NCBI GenBank assembly: GCA_003693705.1
Contig: RBZT01000527.1
Span: 1 to 64,000, forward strand
DNA length: 64,000 nucleotides
DNA from: Polymyxa betae A26-41
Lineage: Eukaryota > Protista > Endomyxa: Phytomyxea
Reading direction: 5' to 3'
In this document: positions 34,901 to 47,725 of the stretch, one piece after another
Position numbering within the stretch: the first letter of the stretch is position 1
Layout: each line of letters starts with the position of its first letter
Made by a program: the position numbers and the translations under genes
The notes under the pieces: model-generated
Database searches by the model: none
Seen by the model: the letters and a program-made list of their open reading frames with translations, nothing else
What the model was told of the DNA's origin: nothing

Positions 34901-37173
34901 CGTCTTCACGATTGGTGATGATGTGTCTGCGAATGATCGGATCCGGGCTGCGTGATGCCCAAGTAAATGCCCAGCAGTTTCCGGTTGAGGACTTTATCAG
35001 GAACATTACGTTCCGGTTCAACTCAGATATGAGCGTGTTCGAGATTTTATGCTGCTTTATTCGCGATGTATGGGGTTTATCTCTGCCGATATGATGGTAT
35101 CTGATCAAAATCAGGATGTAGAAAAGGCTCGTCCTCACGTCGATTATATTCGACTGCTAATTGACGGAATCAGCTCATTGTCAGCAGATTGTCGCACCAT
35201 CGCTCAGTGTTTATTGTCTGCGGAATTTACAGCTCAGCAGCAACAAGGCGTGGCCTTGAAAGCGGAAGAACGCCGGCGTCGTCGAGACGCTGCTCGCGCT
35301 GCTGCTCTCGGCGCTATTCGAACACAGATCGAACAGTTCTCGAGTGCCAACAATGACTCTTTACAAGAAGTCGCCTCGATTGATGATGCTAACAATGGCG
35401 CTCTTCATGTTTGCATTTGTACGTTTGTCGAGTCTTCAACTGTTCGCTTTCTATCATGCTGTTCTGTTTCTTACTTGTTTCGCAACGATTACTTATTTTG
35501 ATTTAGTGTGCCGGTCAAACGAATCCCAGAATGATATGGGTCTTTTAACATGGATGGGGAGGTATAATTTGAGTGATTTATTGCAGCCTTCGGATAAGCG
35601 CTGTCGGCATCGCCGTCACGATTTCGGAATGTTCAATTACACGCGCGATTGTGGTCACGCTATTCATGTCGAATGCTATACTGGTTATATGCAGTCGCTT
35701 ACCGTGAAACAAGCTGCCCGGGAACATTATGAAGGACAGTACGTCATTGATCTGTCGAAAGGAGAATTTTGCTGCCCGTATGTGCTGGGCCTGCAATTGT
35801 ATCAAACTTTTAACATTTTCTACAGTTTGTGTAAATCACATGCGAACACACTGTTGCCGATCATACAGCCAACTGTTTCGTTTTCAACGGCTCCGGGCAA
35901 TAACAACATCGACACGTTATCCTGGATCGGGATATCGCTGCCAGAGATTTGCCAGCGGGTGGTTGAAGCCGCCCGTGTTCCTCCGAACCTAGAGCCAATT
36001 AATAACTGCTTGAGTATGTTCTCGGAACGTCTTGGAGACTTTATACCGAGTGGCAATTACGCTGTGCTATTGGCCCATAACATTACTATGATCGAAATTC
36101 AGCTCCGGGACGGCAGCACTATTTCTGATCGACAAATGATGCATCTACGGTTTCTGATTTCATCTGCTTTACAGTATGCTGTTCTCTCAGTGGAAAGGCC
36201 CTGCGACGATCTGAGTGCTTTCTGCAGGAACTTGTTCCGCGATCGGGCAGCAGCGCTGACCTATTCTTTGGTTCCGCTGAACATTCCGGTGACTACTTCT
36301 CTGCAGTTTGTGGTTGAGTTCTGCTTATCCTTGTTGTTGATTGGGGAATCACTTGAATCTTTATTGCGGTTGGTTCGCATTGGGTTCGCAGCATTGTCTG
36401 CGCATGCTGATCGTGGCGAATGCAATGAAGATCAGTATGGTCATGCGGCCTCTTTAAATGTCAATGCCTCGCTTCTTGAACTTTTCACAATTCCTTACTT
36501 GCGTCAAGTTGCCATTCTAATTTCTGCAGTGTCGACCAACTCTCAATTTCCAGATCTAAACTCGTATTCTGCTCTTGTACAATATCTGGACCTCACGAAG
36601 CCCGAACCAGGTCTTGATGAATTTGTCCAGGAGGCAGACATCACTCTGCCGCTGGCCTATGTGAGGCCAACACTGGCCATTCTACCAAAGAGTTTCATGG
36701 CGTTATTCGATGCAGCGACTCGCGTCCCTTGCTCAAATTGTGGCAAAAGCCCTACCCGCCCTGCCGTCTGCTTAATCTGCAGTGACATTATGTGTTCATC
36801 GAAAGACTGCGGCAACGGTACTGGTGCACTGACATTGCATACATCCAGTTGTCTTGGTGATCAGGGCCTGTATCTTTCCATCAATCAGGTAACATTGACT
36901 TTATGAGTTTTGGTATTACGGGCTCATACTAATTATGTTTTCACCCAGGGTTCTGTTTTCCTGATATGTAATGGATTCTCGTGCGAGTTTTCTTCTCCGT
37001 ATCTTGACGAACACGGTGAAGAAGATATAGGGCTTCATCGTGGACATCCGTTGTTCTTGGATGATGATCGGTATGAAAAATTACGCCAGCTCGTCGTTCG
37101 TTTAGAAATCGGATCTTATGTATCAAGGAAAAGATCATATCAGTCATCGCTTTTGCCAAGAAATGCGATCTGA
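31922..37173 (+). CDS. UBR1: N-end rule E3 ubiquitin ligase (UBR1/2-type N-recognin), multi-exon
   Basis: UBR box VCAYSFRPGEPAYQCSTCGVDPTCIQCASCF..DHTGH|GGGICDCGD..W...GFC..H; ClpS-like LLYNDNVHSF; RQTGVHVDYE; LRREIVHWL; RING CGHAIHVEC...GEFCCP|LCK..ANTLLP; C-terminal SPYLDEHGEEDIGLHRGHPLFL. Exact start uncertain. Confidence 0.92.
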
Positions 37174-37289
37174 GATGTTAACTCGTCAATACAATCTATA
37201 TGATCGAGATAATGTGTTTACTGCTTATTCAGTTGCGAACGAATTAGAGACAACCGGAAAGGCAAAGAAATTGATGATGTATTTGACTT

Positions 37290-39348
37290 TCAACGTCGCT
37301 TTTTGCCCTTCTTTTTACTGCTGGTGGGATTCGCGGCAACAGAGGCAGTAGTGTGAGCCTTCTGTCTTTGGTTATCCAAGAAATTTTTGTCTTCAGTGAC
37401 GCGGTGGGCGCGCGATCGGCCTGATCCCTGGTTACCATTTGTTGGAAGCGCACCTTGAGGGCCTTTCATTGACACCTGATTGCGGCGACGGCCCTTGGTT
37501 CTTTCATGTCGAGGTAGCCAACGTTCAGGATCCGGTGGAGGACCGGGATTGGCAGGGTCGAATCCTTTAGGATAACGAATCTTCTTCTTCTTCTTCTTTG
37601 TTTTGGTAACAGCAGAATCTGACACTGCCTCGCTCTTTTTCTTTGAATGTTTGGAAGTCGTAACGGCAGCGTGTTCATAGGCTGTTATCTGCTCAGCAGA
37701 TAGCGAAGGCGCAGGTGGTAGGCGAGACATTATATCGGAAGGGACCTCGCGACCAGCAGAGAAATAGGCCATAATCAGGCTTTTCAGCAACCTCAAATCA
37801 TTAGGAGAAGCCTTTATAGCATCAGACAGGATACTCACGGCCTGCTCGGGCTAAAAGACATGTTAACGGGATTTTCATACAATTGTTGCATTTACCTTCC
37901 CAAGACGTTGCAAATAAAAGCCAGCATGGCCTGCTAGCGATGAATTCTTGGAGACCGCATCCAATAGAGTCTTCGCCGCCGAATCGTTATCTTGTAGAGA
38001 AACAATTAGTGAAACAAATGCGGACTTAAGACGAAGTTCGTTCAAAATCGGATCTTTCAGTGCATCCAGAGCCGCACTAATTTGTTTTTTCTCAATGAGC
38101 ATTTGTACCAGGGCAAGCTGAGTATCCATAGAATGTTGTTTTCGGAGCACTTCAAAGGCCTCCTCGCTTTTGTTTGAGCGTGACAAAGCGCAAGCTAATA
38201 CAAGAGAAACGAAGCTATCTGTAGGGTCGTGAGCAATCAGCTCTTTACAGCGTCGAATACATCCATCAAATTGTTTTTCGAATAACATCAAGAGCACCTG
38301 AAGCCATTATGATTGATACTTGATTAGGTTAGTAAGCCTAGAGGAATATATACCTGGTTTTTCCCGATAGCAGCAATCTGGAAATCGGTCAACTTCTTAG
38401 CATCAACCTTCAGAGCACGGGCTAGGCGCTTTGCTGAGTCGAAATGCTTTTCATCACCATGCCGAAGCGACATCAAATTCAAAGAGGCAACTGCAACTGC
38501 TGGAGTATGGGTACCAGATGGGACCATTTCTAGAACAGATTGATAAAGTTCCTTCGCCTCATTCAGGAAGCCTTGCATCTATAAGGAGATACCGTTAGTA
38601 CAGTAAAATCAAAAAAGCAGAAGAATCGAATAGAGGAACAAGAGACAAAGCTGACAAAAAAGGATATAACCTGCCGGGTGTAGGCCAGCTGGACTTGAAT
38701 GGGAGAAAGTTCTTCGACAAGTTCATCGTTAGACAGATCGGATTTCCGACACAGCTCCATCGCCTCACGAAGCATCTCTTCGGCGCCAGCGAAGTCTTTC
38801 TTGGCGATTTTACTGCAGGCTCCATTATATAACATTGTGAATGTTATCTGTTTAGAGGCGACATCCTGCAGGACTGCCTCTGCCTCCGACGAAGAGCAGA
38901 CCGCCAAAAAATTCGACAGCAACTCGGCCCGATAAGTTTCATCATCGTCCTGCTCGAATTGTTCCAGGAACTTTTTATAAATATTTGCAGCGTCCTGATT
39001 GCGCCCTAAACGAGCCGCTAATAATGCCCTTAGCTGCAAAGTTCGCTCCTCATCATTTGCCAAGGTATCCAACAAATCCATCGCATCCTGAAAACGTCGT
39101 TGACGATAGAGAAGATAGGCGCGGTCGAATTGAGTTTCTGGTAGCAGCGCTGGGTGCTGGTCTAAAACCTTCTGGGCCTCATCAAGGTCATTCAGCTGAA
39201 GCGATGCCACCAATAGACAGTGAGCAGCCAGGTCGTCGCCAGGATCTGCTGCCAATAAAACACGAGCGTTTTTCGCAACATTTTCGTGCTCCTCATCATG
39301 GATGGCGGCACTGAGCCCCGACCATGTTGGAGATGCCGTCTCGGCCAT
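37290..39348 (-). CDS. SRP72: Signal recognition particle subunit SRP72, multi-exon
   Basis: N-terminal TPRs (FDRAYLLYR, LYNGAC, EELSPIQVQLAY); C-terminal KKKKIRYPKGFDPANPGPPPDPERWLPRHER and GPQG. Confidence 0.95.
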
Positions 39349-39691
39349 CAAACCGATTAATGTGTAATGGAGCACCGAGCAGGGCCCCGACGCAGATAAA
39401 AAACTCGAAAACTTCTTGCGAACTCGAAGGTTCCGAGTTGGAATGTTGCGCGACTGGGATACAGTCGACAAAAATCAAAATGGAAGACGAGACAGAAGGC
39501 TTTGGTAGACGCAGCGAATTTCAGGTTTGCCGTTGAGAATTGAGATTAACCAACGAAATTTTCTTCTTCAAGCAGAAAATTACTTATGCAGTGTTTTGCA
39601 TGCCCTTATATGATTAGAAAAGAACTAATGGCCTGTAGCCGGAACGAATCTGTTCGACGGCTTCCATTTAACACTTCCTAAATATATATTA

Positions 39692-40295
39692 CGAGTAATT
39701 CACAAAATACCCCAAATTTGAATCTTTATTCACGAAATACCCCGAATCCGCAGTTTTAAAAATTGCAGTGGCGCACTTTTGACTGGGCGCACGATTCTCA
39801 AATACGATATAGATTTCGATTAAAGCTTGAGACTGGGGCAGAGCACACCAAGGAATCTTTACAGAATGGATGGTGAATGTTGCAGATTGAGAACTTTCGC
39901 CTTAACAGAGCCGTCTCTCTGCCTAACCCGGAATTAACATACGCCCGGAAGTTTACGTTCTTGAACAGATAAACTGATTACTGAACGACAAAGAGCTATA
40001 AATTTGGTCTGTTCACTTTTGTGGACGATATAATCGCAGTTCATCCTAACGCATGTCAATCGTAACTTCTGTCGGAAAGCTGTAATGCTCCCGAAGGGGG
40101 ACTGCAGCTCTTGGAAAAGCTCACAGCTCGGGGCAACTTCAAATGAAGCCATTACGTCTCTAAAGACAAAGATCCGCTAAAATAATCGAAAATCGTGCGT
40201 CCAGTCGGAAGTGCGCCACTGTAAGTTTTAAAACTGCGGTTTTGGGGTATTTCGTGAATAAAGATTCAGATTTGGGGTATTTTGTGAATTACGCG
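39692..40295. mobile_element. Non-autonomous Mutator-like element (MULE), 604 bp
   Basis: ~110-bp imperfect TIRs; 9-bp TSD TATATATTA at 39683-39691 and 40296-40304; internal minus-strand MuDR DNA-binding-domain-like fragment FGSITAFRQKLRLTCVRMNCDYIVHKSEQTKFIALC. Confidence 0.9.
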
Positions 40296-40353
40296 TATAT
40301 ATTATTAAAGGTTGTTGAAAGTTGCTTTTCGAACAACATTATTGGTGGCCGTG

Positions 40354-41336
40354 TTATCTGTCATGAAAAGCGACCATTCGGTATGACGCATGCAGCGGCT
40401 CGTGCTCGTGCTCGGACGGCGATACTGCAACCGGATCTGCCCGCCTAGAACGGCAGAAAGATATTGGATGCCAATACAGGAACGTGGCGATGACAATCAT
40501 AAGGCAGAATAGTGATAGCCCAAACACTAGGATCGCCACTTTGTACTTAGCAAAAAGCAAAAACGCCTCCTAAACAGAAGTCAAGCTTGGAAGGCGATAA
40601 TGTTAAAAAGCGATTACGTGGCCGTATTCTCTCCCAATCCAACCGATGAACAGAAACCGAAGCATTCTCCCAACGAACATGGTTGGTGCGAATACGTGCA
40701 GGCTAACTTGGGCGCAACCGGCAATCACAACCATGGCCTTTTTCGGGGTTGGCGGTGGCCCTGGAAACCACAATCAACGAAGACCACGTTTTAGAAATCG
40801 GGCCGACCTAATGCGGCCAGCAAGACGAAAATCCAGGCGCCATCCTTCAGCCAGCGCGAGATGTGCTCGTACCGGGCAGTCGAGACGCCAATCTTCTGCA
40901 GCGCCCACTGGCCGCGAAACCGCCCGGCATGGTACAGGATTAACGAGCCCAGCATCGAGCATAACGCACAGATGGCGGCAATGAGCAGAATACTGACCTG
41001 GGACTCATAGCCCATAATCAGGACAGCAGCATCTGGTCCTCCCTTCAGATAACGACAGCATTAGCGTCACAAAACCAAAGCGAAAAGCAAAGCAAAGATG
41101 AAAAGTGCAGAAAGTCCACGAAAGAGCGAAACCATCAAGGCGCGAATGGGACATTCGAGAAAAAAGCACACCATGGTTGGTAGACCGGCGGCATCGATGC
41201 CGGTGATAGAGGCGGCTCCCAACAAGCCATATTCATTAAGGAGGGCGGCCAGCGGCAGGACAGCGACCGCCGCTGTCTGCGACAGCGGCTCTTCGAATGT
41301 GGCGGCCTCCAGAGTAGACGACGTCCCTGTTACCAC
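40354..41336 (-). CDS. DedA/VTT (SNARE_assoc) family membrane protein, multi-exon; 5' end uncertain
   Basis: YGLLGAASITGIDAAGLP, GPDAAVL, SMLGSLILYHAGRFRG, PPPTPKK..V.AG, GRMLRF and a terminal TM helix. Confidence 0.75.
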
Positions 41337-41622
41337 TACAACTAGACTATAGTGGTAGGGAACCCCCTAAACCAGAAACATTACAGACGATTTCCGCTTC
41401 AGGCCGTCATAGACGATTACCAAGGGCGTCGGCACAATTCGAACTCAGCGCCGCCGACGATCAAGATCGGGGTTGCCGAACATGGCAGATCAATCCGCCA
41501 GCGGATTTCTGGCATTTTTTTTCTGGCTCTCGAACTTTTCAGAAGCTGCCAAAGATAACCTATACGAGAATTAAATTAGCAATTATAAATGCTATTTCAG
41601 TGATTTTATTTCACGTCTTCAC

Positions 41623-42282
41623 TTAATAATGGGCGTTGTCCCAGCCGTAAGTTTTTTGAGACATTTCGCTGGTCACGTCGGTCTCAGGTGATGAGCTGTT
41701 GGACGCTTTTTGGCTTTCGTAGACTTGCTCCCATCCGGTTAGACGGGGTATTGACCAAGTTAGCAGCTGTGTTAACAAGCTGAACTCGCCGACCGACAAA
41801 GTCACCTCCAGAACCTTCTTATTATTCAAAGGATCTAACTTCTCGAGCTGGATCGTGCAGCGCCCATCGGGCGACGGAAAGAATCGGAGCTCGCGTGGCG
41901 GTTTTTCAACTTCGTCCAGCGTATTGGTGGCTGCTGGGCGTTCCGATCGTGTGATGCAGAAGGGCTTGTTCATTGAGATCACTGTAGCGACTTCAACGGG
42001 GACCAAAGCTATCCGCTCTTTGACATTCCAATCAAACTTGCCGCTTGAATCACGAGCGACAAACTGGAACAAAATGGTGCCTGGATATTGTAAATTCAAA
42101 TAGGTCGGGCGACGCTGGAATTTCGGAGCCGAAAGGCTGACACTCATGCAGACCGACGGCGAGTAGAACGACGTCGAAGCAAACGTTCGCGAAATCGACT
42201 GAGAGGCATCCGACAGGAATCTAATCGACCTCAGACCCGAACCCATCCATACGAAGCGCTGCGAGAGCATCTTGAAAGACAT
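41623..42282 (-). CDS. Whirly-domain single-stranded nucleic-acid-binding protein, probably mitochondrial
   Basis: Arg/Ser-rich presequence MLSQRFVWMGSGLRSIRFLS; SLSAPKF...GTILFQF...FDWNVKERIALVPVEV and LSVGEFSLLTQLLTWSIPRLTGW match the Whirly pattern. Confidence 0.8.
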   Translation of the reverse strand: MSFKMLSQRFVWMGSGLRSIRFLSDASQSISRTFASTSFYSPSVCMSVSLSAPKFQRRPTYLNLQYPGTILFQFVARDSSGKFDWNVKERIALVPVEVATVISMNKPFCITRSERPAATNTLDEVEKPPRELRFFPSPDGRCTIQLEKLDPLNNKKVLEVTLSVGEFSLLTQLLTWSIPRLTGWEQVYESQKASNSSSPETDVTSEMSQKTYGWDNAHY

Positions 42283-43340
42283 CTCAACGACGAAGATGCA
42301 GACGGGGTAGTTCTGGTCGGTTCCTCCGGTGCGCAACACGCAGTCGATTGCGCCATGAGAATGAGCCATGAGGTGGTCCCATTCATCACAATCAGAACCC
42401 GACAAACTGAAAGCTTGCTTTCGATGAGATCCATTAATCTTAAACCAACAAAACTACGAACGGGGTTGATGCATCCTGCCGGATTCTGCGGCGGCGGTTC
42501 TTATCGTCATTAGCATTCGTCACGAAAGGACTTCTGCTAACCTGACTTTTGTTGTTGGAGAAGTTTCGCCATCAAACATCCTCATATGAGGATAGACGAA
42601 CTTAAGCTGATGACTATTTTAACATAACTGGAAAAAGCAGTTTTAACCATGAGTAATTCGCAGTTTGTCTGCTCTCAATAGCTCTCGTCATCGATACCAT
42701 ATGAGAGCTTTTCCATGGTGTAACCTGTATAATCACCGAATTTCAAGCATTCGTGTGATCTAAACAACTGACATTGCCTTGCTACACATCAACGCAGAAG
42801 ATCAGGATCTAGTCATAATATAATGGTCTTCAGAATGACTTTCACAAAATTGTCTTTCATTTTACTGACTGAACTTACATGAAGCGGATGAATTCGTTCG
42901 CAAGGTGTCTATTACAGTCCAATTGCAGTATGGTTTGATCGGTCATGCCTGTTAGTGGCTATGCTGCACATGAGAAGCGTGGAACGAGGCTTGAGAAGCG
43001 TGGAACGAGGCTGGCGAAGCCCGTCTCGAATAGTTCGGGGTCTGGGTAGTCAACGATCCACAATCAGGTGCCCTCCGAGCCGAGTGTATTCCGGTATTAC
43101 TCAGGCCACCTCAAGTCTAGCTTACAGTCGGCGGCCTGGCCCTTCCTGTCATTGTGTGACGGCTGACGCTATACCGGGCCCGTTTCATCACCCCAGCAAC
43201 CCTTGTCGTTTGATATAGCTGGCTTAGGCCATTGACGTCAAGGCCGACTGCGTGGAAGCGTCTCTTGAGCTCGCCATTATTTGTACTTATCATATGACAT
43301 AATAGCGCTGGTGCTCGACGACGCCAAGTGTCCCGAGAGT

Positions 43341-44664
43341 ATGGCGTTGGGAGGAGGCGCCAACCAGGACGCCGACCCGTTAGCGTCGGCCTTGTTCAGG
43401 CGTTGGTATCGACTTCGGGATCGCTGTTGCGGCCAGCTACCGCAGGCCACCGACCCCGAATCGCTGTATCGTCTGAGGAAGAAGCTGGATAAGCTGGAGA
43501 AAGACATCATTTGCTACGAGCAAAAGCAGGATACAGAAAGCGACCCATTCTGGCTTGGCAAGAGTGCCTTTAAATTGCTGCTTGACGTTCGCGAAACCAT
43601 TGCAAGCTTTCGTGATCAGCTGGAAAACATGACATCCTGCATCGAGCCTGAGCCTCTAACTGGGTCGTTTGAAGATTCTTCTCCGATTATTGATGTATTA
43701 GAGGAAGACGAGTTTCTGCTGACATACGAATCCGCTGATGAACTGAATTCTGAAGTCAGCAGTCCCACTTCCCGTTTTCACTCAACAAGAATATTGAGAA
43801 ACACCTTGCAAGGCAGCATTATGTTTGGAATTGATGGTGACACTGACGAATATGTCGCTCTCAAACTATCCTCAAAAGATGCCGTTTTCAAGCAGCAATC
43901 TCTGAATGGAGAAAAGATTCTTGAGGACCCTATCAACGAAGTTCGTCTGCTTGAACAGCTGAACATTCCTGGTCATCGAAATGTTATTCGCCTAATCGAC
44001 TCGTTGGAAGACAAAGAAAATTACTGGTTAGTAGATCTACATTTGCTACTATGAAGAATGATGTAATCTTTAATTCAGGATAATATTGGAATATTGCTCT
44101 GGCGGGGAACTCTTTGATCTTGTGTCTGAATCTGGTCGTCTGGAAGAAAACGCTGCCGCTCAATATTTTTGGCAGTTAACGCGAGCGCTTGAGTATATCC
44201 ATTCACAGGGTGTCTGTCATCTTGATCTATCCCTTGAGAATATTATCTTCACCGAAGCTGGCGAGCTAAAGCTTACAGATTTCGGTCTTGCTCGACAGTT
44301 CGAAAAGACGGCTTTGTTTTCTGGATGTCACATTACGAAACCTGGCAAGATTGGCTATATGAGTCCGGAAGTATTTGCTGGGCAAGATTTTAATGGCGGT
44401 CAGGCTGATATGTACAGTGCTGGCGTTGTTCTTTTCGTTATGCTATTCGGTTGCCCACCGTATGAAATTCCCTCACCATCCGACCGAAGGTTCAGACTGA
44501 TATTCTACGGCGAGATCCGTGAGTTGCTTCAGAAATGGCAAATATCAACATCTCCATTAGCGCTGGATTTGCTATCTGGCCTTCTATGTGCCGCTGATGA
44601 GCGCTTAACTGCCAAGGATGTCCTCGAGCACCCTTGGCTGTCTCATTGTGACATCAGCTGCTAG
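43341..44664 (+). CDS. Ser/Thr protein kinase (CAMK-like, HxDxSLEN type), two exons
   Basis: VALK, EDPINEV, HRNVIRL, EYCSGGELF, HLDLSLEN, DFG, GKIGYMSPE, DMYSAGVVLF; intron near 44027-44079. Confidence 0.92.
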
Positions 44665-44805
44665 TGAATATATCAAACTGTATATATGTGTAGACAATAT
44701 TTATGTATATTTTATTTCTGTTTCAATAAATTAATTTCTCTATTGCAGTTCCAATTTACCGGTTCGATATAGTCATATAGCGAATGTCAATATCGAGCCT
44801 TTTGT

Positions 44806-46866
44806 TCATATCCACGCCCAAAGAAACTGGCTCGCCAGTTCAACAGTATTTTGAGGAACAGTGTCCTCAAAGCAGAAGTAGATCTCGTGATGCGGAGGAA
44901 CCAGTCTCCTGTAGGTCATTCAGCGTCACAAGCACACGAATTGCGAACAAGTATTACCCTACCACCACGATTCCCAATTCCTGAAAGGCATTAGTTCTTT
45001 CGTCTTGGAAAACGGATCTGATGCGGAAATGAAGAGCAGATTCGACAGTGCCAGTTCCGATTGCATGCTGCTCAAAGTTTCGATAACGCTGTTGGTTGAT
45101 AGCTGCGTTAGTTTCGTGTTTGTTCTTGATCTCCACGATTGGCTTGATTGCTTCAGATGTCTTCTCGTTGCCTTTGGTGCATGCAGCACCTAGGGAGAAT
45201 GCAGTCAGTCTCCGTTTGATGACAAGAATTGCTCTTCGAAATGCATCCGTTATGCGAGTGTCCAGCGGATCTTGACTGACATGAAGAGATTCCGTAACGA
45301 ACCGGTTGAGACCATCAACAACTCGGAAACGCAAGATACAGTTATCATTACCGGCTATGTTTCTGCATAAAATCATAATTCTCAGTCAACACAATGGCAA
45401 GACAGCGCCTTACAGTCTTTTGTTTTCCAATTTTTTGACACGATTAGGGCTGTTTTCAAGAGTTTTGCGTCGAATCGTAGGACTCGAAGGACCGGAAGTT
45501 GGTTTAGGTGGAACGACAGCGGTTTGATAGACGCCTTCCTTGTTTAATTGTTGGCTAACCAGCCTTGAAGGTAAACTATTGCATAATGTGGTTAGCGAAG
45601 CAAGACCCTCAATGTCATGATCGATCTGATCCAGCAGCTCCGCATCCATATTGAGGAGCAATGATTTGATGTCAGTTAAGCAAAACGGATCGATATGCCT
45701 ATGGACAAGTTGAAAAAGCGCATTGAGATTTCACTAATACATGCATTCCAAAAGATTCGCCACGCGTGCAGTGGAACAGCATGCAGATTGCAGATTGGCC
45801 CATCGTAACAACTGATAACATCCGCTGTTCAAAGGCATCAGAAAAGACTTGTCTGCAGAAGACCGACGATCCATCATCTTAGCATCAATGAGCGAGCCAG
45901 TCTTTATTGAACGATGCCCAATCGCATACGTCTAGTTTTTGAAAGCACATTATTAACCAGACAAAACCGAGCAACGTCCACGAGATCTGAAGCAACCAAA
46001 TTTGAATGAATACATAGACCTTTTCTGAAAAAGCATGATCCAATAGGAAATGCAAATCTTGGAAGTAGCTAAGGATGTTTGTTCAGCCAATGCAGCATGA
46101 CAGCGGAAAATCAACATTCACATACAGTTAACGCAGCATCATTAGAAGCCTCTGCAATTTGAAGGCTGGAAGTAAGTGATAAAAGACGTTTGGCAACCCC
46201 TAGACTTGGTCGAATTCCAGCAACCAGATTATCGAACAATAGAGAATGATGGCTAGGATGCATGATTGATTGAGAACCTGTTTAAACACCTTCGGTTAGA
46301 TGCAAACACCTCAACCTGATTGATATATACCTAGCATAGAGCTAAATTGCTGTAAGCAGTCTTTTACACGATCCAAATTTGATCGAATGTCATGAGCTAA
46401 ACAGACTTCATTTACTAAAGTAGGAAGCATGGTGCTTTGGCCTTTACCCGAGAGTTGACCAAAGCGATATCGTAAGCTTTCCATAATACTCTTTGCCAAA
46501 TTCCTACACTTTGAGCCATCCACATTCGGTAAAGCGACACCGATACTAAAACCGTCAACGTTCTTCGCTTTAGAAATTGCTATATCCCTGGGTCTGAGTT
46601 CTCGACCTAGCTCCAGAAATGCTGAAGCAATCTATCGAAACAACTTCAAATCAACATCTAATCTAAGTCATGGCATGGTGTAGAACGACCTTAGTCCCAT
46701 TGACTGTTTCAGACACATCATCAAGAGCAACAATAACAGCTCTAATTTTATACAGCGCACTAAGCATAGGGTCATCTTCGGCCGGCTCAGGAACCATGGC
46801 GACAACGTTCTCTTGCCCTTCCTCGACGGTGTCGTCAATGAGGAAAACTGCCCCATGGAATGACAT
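44806..46866 (-). CDS. Hypothetical multi-exon protein
   Basis: Chain of short same-strand ORFs (46663-46866, 46311-46523, 45410-45661, 44954-45376) separated by intron-sized gaps; boundaries approximate; no family recognised. Confidence 0.5.
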
Positions 46867-47248
46867 GATCTGAAGATCCGACCAACACTGACTCCAAGAC
46901 TAAGCGAGAAGTGACTCCGCTATGTCATTATACAAATTCAAGTGCAATGGGAGGCCGTTCCAGCTCCTAAACATTCCACGATGCTTGTCGTAAGGCTTAA
47001 TAGGCGTCCTACAATCGCAGACCCTCGACCACCTCAGGTCTTTGTACCTCAATTCTATGGGGGAAGGTTGGCCTGCCGGAAGCGGAACGAGATAAGACGT
47101 CATCAAGGTGCCTTCCCCGTCGGAACCGTGACTCATCGATGACGAATACCTCGACGTTGGCAGCGACGTCCTAGTTCATTCGAAAAATCGGCTTCAAACC
47201 CGAACACTCCTCGAACGATCCATCCAAAGCAACTCCCAGCACTAAATC

Positions 47249-47725
47249 ATGAAAATTCCAACTACTGCTTTTGTTCTGATGGCGCTGGCGTCGGCGGCAG
47301 CTGCCTTTCCTGCTGGTCAAGCTTCCTTTAGTGGTTCTCAATCATACAATAATGAGTGCAAGCAACTGCCTACTCCACCAAAAGTGGTTCGTCCACCGCC
47401 ACCTCCTCCGACTACATGCCCGCCCCCGGCCCCGCCACCTAAACCAGTTCAAGAATGTAAAAATCCCCCGGCACCCCCTAAGCCTTTGTACGTTCCTCCT
47501 GTTCGTACTAAGACTACCACCTACACAGCTCCAAAGCCGTCACCGCAGATTTACAAGGCTCCGACGCCTGTAACCAAGAAATCGACTTATTCTGCGCCAG
47601 CTCCTAAAGCCAGCAAATCATCAGGATCTTATTCAGGGGGCAAAAACGTAGTAAGCAGCGCTTCTGGATCTAGAATTTCCATGGTGGTTGTGGCCCTGGC
47701 AGCCACATTGGCGTACCTGATGTGA
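47249..47725 (+). CDS. Secreted Pro/Lys/Thr-rich surface protein with probable GPI-anchor signal
   Basis: Signal peptide MKIPTTAFVLMALASAAAA; poly-Pro extensin-like body; small residues SSASG followed by the hydrophobic C-terminus MVVVALAATLAYLM. Confidence 0.8.
   Translation: MKIPTTAFVLMALASAAAAFPAGQASFSGSQSYNNECKQLPTPPKVVRPPPPPPTTCPPPAPPPKPVQECKNPPAPPKPLYVPPVRTKTTTYTAPKPSPQIYKAPTPVTKKSTYSAPAPKASKSSGSYSGGKNVVSSASGSRISMVVVALAATLAYLM

Noticed and set aside
42971-43012. 21-bp perfect tandem duplication upstream of the kinase
   Set aside because: Only two copies; consistent with ordinary slippage and no evidence of function.
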